DNA of 64,000 nt, from the IMG/VR virus record IMGVR_UViG_3300023174_000052, positions 111,595-175,594 of that record; one strand, 5' to 3'. The DNA is from a virus. Positions 19,203-29,900 of the stretch are shown here, in pieces. The notes under the pieces were generated by a model. It saw only the letters and a list, made by a program, of their open reading frames with translations. It did not search any database and was not told the origin of the DNA. Numbering within the stretch: the stretch's first letter is position 1; every line of letters begins with the position of its first letter. Made by a program: the position numbers and the translations under genes.

Positions 19203-22200
19203 TTTGACACCAAATTAATTTTAACGCTCATTTCTTCCGCAATAAGTCTGGACATTTTACCTTCTTCTTTCGTATATTTCAAAGTCGTGCCATTGTCGGT
19301 CATCAATAGCGAACGCAATAAACCTGATATCATAGTCGTGGCTGACTCGATTGAGTAAGATAGTTCTCTATCTATCTCGAAATCATTTGATGAAAGGACA
19401 AAGCAATAAGTTCTTTCAAAAATAGCAGGTGCCGTAAGTTCATTTAATTCATTTTCATATGAAAATATTGGATCGTTTATAAACGAAGTGAACAATCTAT
19501 GCGTAGGTTGGTCCGTCTTGTCGATTACATTTTTTCCTAATTGTGAAAATGTCTTAAATAAATAATTCTCTCCGTCTTTAAATAAATAATCTTCTTCACT
19601 CATATCGCCTAATGGCAAAATGTTTCCTATAATCTGATCTGATTTAATACTTCTAAAGAATTCGAATCCAGATCTCGACATTCTATTCCTATTCTTCGTC
19701 GAGGTTAAGTTTTCGAATTCTATTCCATTTAAAGATTTCGTAGTCAATTTACATAAACAATCTATAATATGATTAATTGCTATTACGACTGAATCGCTAT
19801 ACTCTAGTCCGGTTACATTACTTATAAAAGTTACTGCGTCGGTGAATTGATGTTGATTCCATTTTTTATCGTAATAACACAAAAATGTGAAATCTTCAAA
19901 AGAAGAAATCATATCAGACTTAATACTAAACTGTGGTATTACTTCTAAAAGCGGCGTGAATCTTATTTTCGCTGGTTTATTAATGATATCAGAGAATTGT
20001 ACATCTCTTTTAGTTATTTCTATTTCGAGATATTCTCCTCGACCTGAAATATCTAGATCGGTTATTCCTTTAGAATCAACTCTTCGAAGAGTTTCTACAC
20101 TTTTGACAGGTATTCCAACAGTTATTATATCAAAGTCCTTTATATTTGGAGATCTTAATAAAAACGAGACTATATTGTTAGCTATTCTGGACGATCTCGT
20201 TGAGTATCTAACTGTTATTGGATTTTCAAATTCTTTAATTAATGATAGTTGTTTTAGCGAAATATATTCTTTAGTAAGATTATCTAACAATTCTACTTTG
20301 TTGTTCGCTTTAAGATTATTGACTATTTTTTTCATCTCGTTAGTAGAAATAGTATTTGTAAGAGATGATACAGAAGCCGTGTATGTTTCTACGTACGCTT
20401 TCATCAAACAGTATCTTTCTATAGCTAAATCATTCGAAGTAGAACAATAAGAAATCGCTTTTAATATATCAGAAAATTTTGTAATAGCCGTAGTAGAAGC
20501 AGCTATATCAGCAGTAGTACCACTAGACGAAGCTAAAACGCTCAATATACGTCTCTCTTCGAGCAATTTTTCGACGTCTATTCTTGACTCGACCGTTAAA
20601 ATATTAGTCGATTCACTATTTCTATTTCTTATTTTTACAAGTCTTGAAGAATTAAATAGTGATAAAATTGAATTAAATATTTGATATATGATAAACTTAA
20701 TCTTTTGATTATTTAAATAATAATTACTCGTGACATTATCGACATCACTTGATAATTTTAAAGTTTCTCTTATCGCTTTTGTAAGTTCAAAATAAAATTC
20801 TTTCATACAATGTGATATAGAATTGTCAAAGTTTAATCGATCTACTATTTCCTCGAGTGTTGATGGAGTTATAACTCCATCAACAATATCATTTGTACCA
20901 TCTAATAATGTACTAAGAATATCGAAATATCTTTCGGGAATATTCATGCCATCATATACGGTCATATTCCTCGTACCTTTTTTTATATTTGAAGAAGCAA
21001 TATTTAAATTTGTGTTCTTCTTAAATGTATTTTTGTCTTCTTCTCTAGATTCTCCATCTATTAGATTAATAGATGAAATTAAATTAGACAACTCTTCTAT
21101 CGTTCCATCGTCATTCGCTTCTGACGGGTTCGAAAGATAGAGCTTTTTAGAAATTTTAGAATTCGAATTTGAACTTAAACCGCCATAAGAAATATTAGAG
21201 TGTTCTATAACGCCATCTTTAATTAAAGATGTCCCGAGAATCCTAGACGATTGTAAATCTATACTTATCCTCTTAATATTCGGCGAAATAAATGTAGAAG
21301 TTATTTTCGAAGACTTAGCGCTATTATTCTCTAACTTCTTTGATAATTTTCTTGTGTTAAAGTTTTCTATTCTTTTATCTTTTAAAAAAGATCTATTCGA
21401 ATTAATAGGATTTTGAATTTTTATTGATGTTTTTTTCTTTAGAACTTTTGCTTCTAATGCGTATGATCCGAATGTAATGCCTGATATTGCGCTAGAACGT
21501 GTGATTTCATCATGATTTTTTTGGTCATTCTTCTTATTGGTTCTAGCTGTCGATTTTGAACTAGCAATTTTTAAAATTGGATTTTGCAAATTAGGATCTT
21601 CGATATCTTTGTCTCTACTTTTTAAAATATCATCGATTGAAACATCAAGTAATTCAAGAGATGCTTTACTAATACCTACTTTTCTTTCATCGGTGTCTGC
21701 ACTTGGAACTATGTTTTTATTTCTTTCTTCGTTTGTTTTGCCTGTTCTCGACGAGTAAAAACCACCTGATGAATATGGTCCTTTTTGTTCTGCACTTACT
21801 TGATTCGAATCTCTAGTCTGTAAGTTAAAAGCAAAGTTATTTTTTATATTTGTCGGTTGAACCTTAAATGGAATTAAGATAGCGGGTCTTATTAACGGAG
21901 ATGTATTCGTGTTAATCGATTCTGTAGTATCTTCGAAAATTTTCGTGAATATATTAAATCTTGCGCCTGTTCCATTCGTCGTATTATTTTTAGCTATTTC
22001 ACAAAACAATGATAGTTGTATGAATTCTTTAGGAGCAGTTACAATTTGACCGGGTTTTTGAAGTTCTCTATATCTATCCGTACTTTTTAAAACGTATTCG
22101 CATATCCAAGTTAACAAACCAGACCCTGTTATTCTCGAATCTCCGTCTTCTATACCTCTTATAATTTTAATTTGATTTAGATATGAACCGATTTTTGATG

Positions 22201-23383
22201 AAAAGTCTCTAGAAAACGTAGTTAACTTTGAAAAATCAAGCGATGCATCGGTGACAGATGGATCGACATATTCTTCTAATACGCCTTTGTAAGATACTCC
22301 ATCTATCGCATGCGTGCGTACCTCAAAAGGTAGCGTATTATTGTTTCTCAGTAACGAAGTAATAGCAGTATCTATAGATTCATCACGAATTACATTCGTA
22401 ATAGGTGATACTTTACTAGTTAATACATCGAAAATATTATTAGAACCTATTTTTTTTAAACCAATCGTTGTAGTAAGTTCATATGACAACGCGTCGGCCA
22501 AAATACACAATCTAGCGTATGCATCTTTAGGAAGACTGGTTTCTATATCGAAAAAATCCGATTTATTCATCACGTCTTTTGTTGATAGTAATTGTAAAAA
22601 ATCATTGGCAACATCGTGTTCAATAACGGGCAAAAAGAATCTGGACGCTTGTTCTATCGATCTAGTTGATGGTTTAAAACTCACATTTCCAGGAAGGACA
22701 AGAGAAATTAATAACAATTGCAACAGTGAAGTATTACTCAAAACAGTAACGTCGTCTAATCCTAAGAACGTTCTTTTTAAAGACATAGAAGATCCTTTGG
22801 GATCTTCACTAAATTTAGTGACTATTCTTTCTCTTTTTTTAGATGCGACTTTATGCAAGTTTTTGTTAGATTCTATAAAGTTTATTGAATCTCTAAAATC
22901 ATCAATACTCGAGACTATTCTCGCAAGCGACGAAAAAATATCGTTAGTATTACTTCTATTCTCGAAGTATCCATTTAAACGCTCTTCAAGTGCATTACGT
23001 AACGAGGGTCGTGAGAATATTAAATCGAAAATTGTTTTTAAATCGGCTTCATCGAGCGATGCTTCGAGATTTTTTAAACTTAATAATTTTTGATATAAAA
23101 TAGGATCGTCTTCGAATAACTGAGTGATAGCTACGATCTCTGGTCTTTGTGGATCGACTGAAAATTTATCGCTTCCTTTTGAATCGAATATTCCCGTCAA
23201 AGATATAGCATCGTCAGCATTACGTTCTAAGTTAACTTGTCGCTCTATGGTATCAATAAACCCTATCGGAACACCAGCGTAACCGTCTTCTTCGTCATAA
23301 GCAGTGGAAACGACTTTTTCTGACGTTTTAGCTTTTGGTTGACAATTTAATAATGAGCGTCGAAAGGAATTTTTAATTGGCAT
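19199..23383 (-). CDS. Large hypothetical (probable virion) protein
   Basis: 1394-aa ORF coupled to both neighbours in the baseplate module; K/S/N-rich central region. Confidence 0.7.
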   Translation of the reverse strand: MPIKNSFRRSLLNCQPKAKTSEKVVSTAYDEEDGYAGVPIGFIDTIERQVNLERNADDAISLTGIFDSKGSDKFSVDPQRPEIVAITQLFEDDPILYQKLLSLKNLEASLDEADLKTIFDLIFSRPSLRNALEERLNGYFENRSNTNDIFSSLARIVSSIDDFRDSINFIESNKNLHKVASKKRERIVTKFSEDPKGSSMSLKRTFLGLDDVTVLSNTSLLQLLLISLVLPGNVSFKPSTRSIEQASRFFLPVIEHDVANDFLQLLSTKDVMNKSDFFDIETSLPKDAYARLCILADALSYELTTTIGLKKIGSNNIFDVLTSKVSPITNVIRDESIDTAITSLLRNNNTLPFEVRTHAIDGVSYKGVLEEYVDPSVTDASLDFSKLTTFSRDFSSKIGSYLNQIKIIRGIEDGDSRITGSGLLTWICEYVLKSTDRYRELQKPGQIVTAPKEFIQLSLFCEIAKNNTTNGTGARFNIFTKIFEDTTESINTNTSPLIRPAILIPFKVQPTNIKNNFAFNLQTRDSNQVSAEQKGPYSSGGFYSSRTGKTNEERNKNIVPSADTDERKVGISKASLELLDVSIDDILKSRDKDIEDPNLQNPILKIASSKSTARTNKKNDQKNHDEITRSSAISGITFGSYALEAKVLKKKTSIKIQNPINSNRSFLKDKRIENFNTRKLSKKLENNSAKSSKITSTFISPNIKRISIDLQSSRILGTSLIKDGVIEHSNISYGGLSSNSNSKISKKLYLSNPSEANDDGTIEELSNLISSINLIDGESREEDKNTFKKNTNLNIASSNIKKGTRNMTVYDGMNIPERYFDILSTLLDGTNDIVDGVITPSTLEEIVDRLNFDNSISHCMKEFYFELTKAIRETLKLSSDVDNVTSNYYLNNQKIKFIIYQIFNSILSLFNSSRLVKIRNRNSESTNILTVESRIDVEKLLEERRILSVLASSSGTTADIAASTTAITKFSDILKAISYCSTSNDLAIERYCLMKAYVETYTASVSSLTNTISTNEMKKIVNNLKANNKVELLDNLTKEYISLKQLSLIKEFENPITVRYSTRSSRIANNIVSFLLRSPNIKDFDIITVGIPVKSVETLRRVDSKGITDLDISGRGEYLEIEITKRDVQFSDIINKPAKIRFTPLLEVIPQFSIKSDMISSFEDFTFLCYYDKKWNQHQFTDAVTFISNVTGLEYSDSVVIAINHIIDCLCKLTTKSLNGIEFENLTSTKNRNRMSRSGFEFFRSIKSDQIIGNILPLGDMSEEDYLFKDGENYLFKTFSQLGKNVIDKTDQPTHRLFTSFINDPIFSYENELNELTAPAIFERTYCFVLSSNDFEIDRELSYSIESATTMISGLLRSLLMTDNGTTLKYTKEEGKMSRLIAEEMSVKINLVSN

Positions 23384-23385
23384 TT

Positions 23386-25662
23386 TTATCTCAAAAACGT
23401 GGGTGCATTATTTTGTATGACGATTTTTACGTTAGCTTCACCACGTAGTTCTGTAAAATTTAAACTAACAGGTACTACTCTGTAAATAACCTCGCCGATT
23501 CTGTCGAACATTTCGCGATCTTCATAAAAATAAGAACCGTCTATCACATGTGGATGCGCGCATCCTATAAACGCCTCTATGCCATCTGCGATTGTATAAA
23601 TCCTAAAATGATCAATCATTGTAGCATCTCCAGTGATCGACCAACTTATATGATTGAATCCTATTAACGTTTTTCTAATCGACAATCCACTAACGTTGGG
23701 TAGATAATCGTCAACCGATGCGTCGATGGAAGATTCTACACCTAATGAAAATTCTAGAAAATTCTCGGCCAAAGATGATGAATCATTAGATACAAGTTTT
23801 AAAGTCGAAGGAAGATTTCCGCTTTTTGGATTGATTTTAAATTTGTACGATTTATAATCATATTTTCTTTTTCCAATGGGAGATGTTTTTACAGAAGTTT
23901 GCGTCGATACTAAGGCCCCAGGATCTCTTAGACCCAATCTAACGAAATATCTATAGTTATCTAACAAATTCAACGGTGTAATCGTTCTTAAGTTTGACGA
24001 TTTCGAAGAATCATCGACAAACTTTGTTTCGTATATTGAACCGAAAGTTTCAACATCACCCGTTCTTAGATTCTGTCTATCAATTTGATATATTAAAAGT
24101 TTTTTGTAACCACCAGTCTCAAGATCTGGTATGCCAAGCATATTTTCGCTTAGACCATTTAACGATAAAAATTGTTTAGCTACTTCCACACCCGCTGCGG
24201 TGAGTTTTGCATTAATATCGAAAGATATTTTCGTGTATGAACTTCCGTCTTCTTCTACTATTTCTCTTATTAAATTTGTTACTTCGAGAGATGCAGGTTC
24301 AGATACATTTGTAGAAGAATAGTGGTATATAAAAGTATTACTAGAATTTTTTGTGTTCGATTTATTATCGACAAAAAATAATCTATATTCATACACATGA
24401 TTGTGCATTAAATCGACATCTTCAAAAACAATCGATGAATTATCAGTAACTAAAACAGGATCCAAACCTATCCCGGATAATTTTCGAAATTTTTCAAAAG
24501 TCGTTACATCTCTGCGTTCTATTCCGATCGAAATAATTCCTAGTTTTGTAGAGTGTACTTTAATCTGTAAGCTGTTTCCAACTTTTAATACATTAAAAGG
24601 AATTACACTATCGCCAAATGTTCTGGGTGTCTTTTGATTCCTCGGTTTAAATTTCGTTATATACGAAGAATTATGATATTTTCCTATTATCGTTCTCGTC
24701 AATCTAGAATCTTTACTTTCCATTCCTTCTCGTTGTTTCAAGAATCCAGATTCCAATGAGACGTATGGACTTTGAGATGCGTCTAAACTAGAATTTAATA
24801 TTCTACAATATTTTATTGTTTCGTCTTTTTTATTTTTACTTTCTAAAACTTTAACATCGAGTTCTAAAGCTTGCGTAAATATATTGATTTTTTCTCTACT
24901 AATTGTTGCGCCTAATTTATTGGCTAAGTCGATCTCGAAATATAAAACTGGTAGGTCTGATATCGTTTTTCTTGGTAGAGTAATCGTATTCACGCATGAA
25001 GAATGACGGCTGTTAATGATTCCCGCTGTATACTTTGAAGAGTTTCCGACTTTTTTGTATGATTCATATTGATGTTTCTTGATACCAGGTACGATTCTTT
25101 TTATTGAAACAGCCGGGTTTATTGTTGGGAACGAACCTTTTAGTGTTGCAGGATCTTTACCCAATCGAAGCATTTCTCTATTTTCTTCTTCGATTGATAA
25201 TGAAGTTTTTTCTTCTGGTGTTTCGACTGTGAAATCTATATTACTAATAGTCTCCAGATTAGAATCATAAGTTTTTATTATATCGATCGTTGAAGTAGAG
25301 TCATTTTTTATTTTTTTTATCGAATCATTAGAAATTAATTTCGTGATATCGATAGGTATCGTCGCGACTCGATATTCAGTACGCATTCTCGTTATTAATG
25401 ATTTTTCTGATGCATCCGTAAAAATAGTAGCACGTAGTCCGTCAGAAAAGTCTTTACTCGCCGGTGTTGATGTTACAGAAGGAATTTCATGTCCAAAAAC
25501 ATTTAACATAATAACTTGAACTTCATTTTTTAAACATGAAGCTATGTCTATTCCGAATTCAAATTCTAGTAAAATGTCTCCACTTTGCGAAAGCTTAATA
25601 GACGTGATAGGATTTTTCCCTATTTTTACTATATCTGTTTTTTTATTTACTTTAACTCTCAC
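23386..25662 (-). CDS. Structural protein with FN3/Ig-like domains
   Basis: IERRD...FEDVDL...YEYRL, YQIDRQ...FVDD...YRYFV and ISW...IDHFRIY...YRVVPV patterns. Confidence 0.7.
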   Translation of the reverse strand: MRVKVNKKTDIVKIGKNPITSIKLSQSGDILLEFEFGIDIASCLKNEVQVIMLNVFGHEIPSVTSTPASKDFSDGLRATIFTDASEKSLITRMRTEYRVATIPIDITKLISNDSIKKIKNDSTSTIDIIKTYDSNLETISNIDFTVETPEEKTSLSIEEENREMLRLGKDPATLKGSFPTINPAVSIKRIVPGIKKHQYESYKKVGNSSKYTAGIINSRHSSCVNTITLPRKTISDLPVLYFEIDLANKLGATISREKINIFTQALELDVKVLESKNKKDETIKYCRILNSSLDASQSPYVSLESGFLKQREGMESKDSRLTRTIIGKYHNSSYITKFKPRNQKTPRTFGDSVIPFNVLKVGNSLQIKVHSTKLGIISIGIERRDVTTFEKFRKLSGIGLDPVLVTDNSSIVFEDVDLMHNHVYEYRLFFVDNKSNTKNSSNTFIYHYSSTNVSEPASLEVTNLIREIVEEDGSSYTKISFDINAKLTAAGVEVAKQFLSLNGLSENMLGIPDLETGGYKKLLIYQIDRQNLRTGDVETFGSIYETKFVDDSSKSSNLRTITPLNLLDNYRYFVRLGLRDPGALVSTQTSVKTSPIGKRKYDYKSYKFKINPKSGNLPSTLKLVSNDSSSLAENFLEFSLGVESSIDASVDDYLPNVSGLSIRKTLIGFNHISWSITGDATMIDHFRIYTIADGIEAFIGCAHPHVIDGSYFYEDREMFDRIGEVIYRVVPVSLNFTELRGEANVKIVIQNNAPTFLR

Positions 25663-26558
25663 TCTATCACCAACGTAAAAATATTAATAAAAGTTGGAAC
25701 ATCGAATCCATCAAAAAAAACTTTACCGACAAAATATAGGTCTGTTGAAGAACCTTCGCGCGATATTCCTACCCTTCCATATTTTATTATATCTAATTTT
25801 TTTACGTTAGATCCTACTATTTCATACATTTGAATTGCTAAATCATTATACTCCGTCAATCTTGAAAGCTCTATAGTAGCTTCTTCCAATTCGTTTAAAT
25901 CGGCAAAAAAACTTCCATCGTCAATATCATTCGATTCTGCGAAGGACGTGTATTCTCCCAATCCAGTCGATTGCGATCCGATTTCTCCAGAATTTTGAAT
26001 GGGTGGTAAGAACATAAAATTCGGTAATTTAGAAAGTCTCTTATCTGCAAATAGACTATCTGCATCGGTTATCGAAGATACGCTTGGTTCTCCATCAAAT
26101 GGTCTATCATTCGTAATAGTAAAATTGATATTCTTTAAATTAGACGATAGCCCTTCATCTTTTCTTATAACATCTAAAGTAGACGCAATTTGTTGTTTTT
26201 TTAAAGATTCAGATACAGTTTGAGCGATGACCAAACCAAAATCTATATCGTTTGATCCGTCTCGAATGATTACGTCACCTGGCGGGGTTATAGACGTTGA
26301 ATCACCAGAATATTCAAATAGCTGCCCGTTATCGTTAGTGATAGGAAAAATTATATCATTCGAAGTAGAAAATGCTTCTAAATTAAAATGAATAGAACTT
26401 GAAACAAAAATATTGTTCTGATCTCCGTCATAAGGAAATCCAATATCAGAAAATGTGGCATAAGCAATTCGCATGCCACCAGAAAACATTTGTCGTCGAC
26501 CTTCGGGCGTTATTATTGTATCTAAAACGCGCGACTTCGGATCAAGAAGTCCAGCCAT
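25659..26558 (-). CDS. Baseplate/tail structural protein
   Basis: MAGLLD...LDTIITPEGRRQM...IAYATFSD, resembling the N-terminus of 16753..17463. Confidence 0.7.
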   Translation of the reverse strand: MAGLLDPKSRVLDTIITPEGRRQMFSGGMRIAYATFSDIGFPYDGDQNNIFVSSSIHFNLEAFSTSNDIIFPITNDNGQLFEYSGDSTSITPPGDVIIRDGSNDIDFGLVIAQTVSESLKKQQIASTLDVIRKDEGLSSNLKNINFTITNDRPFDGEPSVSSITDADSLFADKRLSKLPNFMFLPPIQNSGEIGSQSTGLGEYTSFAESNDIDDGSFFADLNELEEATIELSRLTEYNDLAIQMYEIVGSNVKKLDIIKYGRVGISREGSSTDLYFVGKVFFDGFDVPTFINIFTLVIE

Positions 26559-26565
26559 TATGCCC

Positions 26566-26910
26566 CTAACTAATTATGGTTGTCACCGTATCGTTTGTAT
26601 TGTCTATGTATTCGATTCTATCAACTAGTTGTTCGGGAATAATTTCGTCCTTATAAGGACCGAATATTCTATTAGATTCGTCCAAATTCGAACACATCGT
26701 TTGATTCGGTATTAAAGGATTACCACTTTCGTCAACGAATCTAGCCGTAATAGGCGCATTATAATGACCACTTTTTATATTCGCGATACTAAACCAGGCG
26801 GTATTTAATACTCCTTGGACTAAATCGCTACTATATCCATAGTGATTAGGATTAAATCTAGCTATTAAATTAATTTTTACTTTAGGTTGTAATATTTTTG
26901 CAATAGGCAT
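26566..26910 (-). CDS. Hypothetical protein
   Basis: 114 aa; SD AAGGTGA; fills the gap between neighbours. Confidence 0.6.
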   Translation of the reverse strand: MPIAKILQPKVKINLIARFNPNHYGYSSDLVQGVLNTAWFSIANIKSGHYNAPITARFVDESGNPLIPNQTMCSNLDESNRIFGPYKDEIIPEQLVDRIEYIDNTNDTVTTIIS

Positions 26911-26917
26911 AATTTTA

Positions 26918-29900
26918 TCACCTTAAAACTCCGCTTACGTATTGATCTAACAATGATATAGAATCGTTACTAGCGACGACGAACCTGCCCACTGTTCCAG
27001 ATCTCGAATCAACTCTCAATGCAGCGTCGTAATCGACGCCTCTAGTATTATTCGACATTGTACCTGTAATAACTTGCGACTGATATGTCCCGACATACGC
27101 AGATACCTCTGCGTTATCGTATTGATCTAATACAGGATCATTTCCTATAGTCGTAGACATATTTGAAGAATTGATAGTTCGAATCATTTCTACTTTTTCA
27201 CCGTCTCTGATGTAGTCACCTATCAATATCATCTCTGCGCTTCCAGGTAATATTCTCATATAAGAATTACCAGCGTAATGCCATATTTGTTCTTTTAAAA
27301 TTGGGTTCACAAATGCTTTTTGAGCGGGTTTATTTGAACCATTTTCATTATAGTCAGTTAAATTTTTACCAAAATATGGAGCAATATCAGGAGGAGGAGT
27401 TATTCCAGCGTCTAAACCCAAAACTAATTCGTCTTCCGGTAATAGAATGTATGGATTATATACGTTTCTTCCAGCGTTTGGAGATGACGGAGAATATCCT
27501 ATCGTAAGAGATGATAAAAGATCTGAGAAAGAACATCCGTCTAATCCTGTTTTTATTGTAAATGTACCCGTTAAATACACTGATGGTTCATCATTATACG
27601 TCGATGCTGTAATAATCTCTGATCTTTGAAATACAGCTGCTAACGGTGGTTTGGCATTTTTGGCTAATGTAGCTGTAATTCCTCTAGAATCATTAACTAT
27701 TTGAATGCTTGTGTTGAATGGTGTACTAATTAAATTATAGAACGAAAATCCTGTTCTTGCTATCTCTATATCAAATTCGGGAGCAGTCGAACCCAGATTT
27801 ACGAATCCCAAACCATAGGCTGTGAAATCAGAAAATTTTGGCCATTGTAATAATGAATTTTGATTTCTTAAAATGTCTATATCGTTATCGAATTGATAAT
27901 ATGGAGTAATCGGAACTCTTTCGATGGAACCTGGTGGTTCGTATCCGTCTGATGCGCTAGCAACAACTACTGGTTGCTGCGTTCCACCAAACCAAAAATT
28001 TTGAAATATTGTAGAAATAGGTGGTGTTGTATTTTGTTCTAGAAACGCGTTTGTTCCCTTTTGCGGATACCAATTAAACAATCTATTAGCGAGCGTTGGA
28101 TCAAATGCGGGTAAATTTAAACGACCGTGAAATGACGTGCTTAAATGCCCTTTGCTCGTTGTAACATACATTAACGTACTATTCGGGTAACCTCCCAAAA
28201 CATATGCAGGATCGATTTGTATTTCTAAATATTTTTTCTCGATATATGTTGAATTGTCAGAAAAATCGTTTAAATTCGTATTAAATGATACGGCAGGAGT
28301 ATGAAGCGGCGAAGATATATTTTCTAAACTTTCTCCTGTGATTAAATCTTCTCCTGCGTTTGATCTTCTAAATACTTCATTTAATTCGAAAGTCGCAGGT
28401 ACTCCTGGTATGAGTGATGAAACAACGGGCGTATTAATGCCGAATTGTTCTGAAAATCCATCTCTATTCGATAAACCAAATGACGAAGAATTATAGACGC
28501 AAACGCTACCCGAGCCTATTAGGAATCTCATAGACGATGATATGTCTTGCAAAGAATCTATCGCGTTCGAAGAATTCGCCCTACGTTGTCTATATAAAAA
28601 GAAAACGTAATTATCCATATCCTTTCGCATAGTCACATTTTCAGTCCAATTCCAACTATACTCGAAAGAATTTAAGCAATTACTATATAATAAATCGATG
28701 TACTCCTGCGCTAGCGATCGTTTCCAAATTGTAATCGATGCTATTTTACCTCTCAAATCAGCCGTATCAGTACCTCTTGATCCAAAAAACAATTTAAATG
28801 TATGTGATCTCGCTGTAGTAAATGTTCCACTAGATGACGACGTATTATCTCGTCTTATTCTATCGATAAAAATTTTCATTCCTGTCGAAGAATTGCTACC
28901 ATCATATGTGACAACAAAATGATGCCATTTTGAATCTTGTATGTATCCATTCGCAACCGCGCTTGAAACACTGCGTTCTATATAATCAGTTGAATATATA
29001 GACGAAGCGATATCGCTTATCCTGAATCTAAGTCTATCTGTGGCTCTATCGTAGAAAAAATAGTATTCTGAATCTAACCCTGTAGAAGATACTTTCGCGA
29101 ATAGATTGTGATTCTTGCCGGGTGCAAAATCACTAAATTTTACCCAAAAACTTATCGATAAACCGTCGATGCCAAGCTTAATATCGTTGCTATTATCAAC
29201 GACTAAATTATCATTTGTCAAAGTTGTAAGCGCATCATATGTAAGATCAAGCGAACCGCGTCCTGTTATATTACCAGGAGTATCGTTTATATCTACAGTG
29301 GCTAAATTCGATAACGTCGCGATATGATCGTTTCCTGATCGGTCGGGTATCGTATCAGGAGACGATGCAGTCGATTCAAAATTAAAATAAGCTGCTGGTT
29401 TATATAAATCGATATATTGTCCTTCGTTTATTTCATTTATTCTTTGAATTTCTACAGGTATTTTTAATATTACTTTTTTTAATAAAAGTGGACTACTTAT
29501 AAATTTATCTAACTTTATTGATTCATCATTAAACGCGTGATATTTTGGAGAAAATGGTGCTCCAAATACGATAGTAGGCGATCCAACATTTTCGTACCCT
29601 GCTCTTTGTAGATGTTCTTTTTTAGATGTAAAATACCCTAATTGCGGCGATGCAGTAAATTGCCGCATAATTTCATTCGTACCTGTCACCTGTAATTTCG
29701 AAGAATAAGTGTAGCGAAGATCGGAATACGAGACGAAAGTTCCTGTCACTAGATTCAAATTCGCTGCATTATTTGAATATTGTGAAAAAATATCTAAATC
29801 AAATGAAAGCCACCCGCCATCATGATCATCATTAGCGTATGAATTAACTTCAATTGTGTTTACTGCTCCATTAGAATCTTTAGTCTGGGTATTCGTACCT

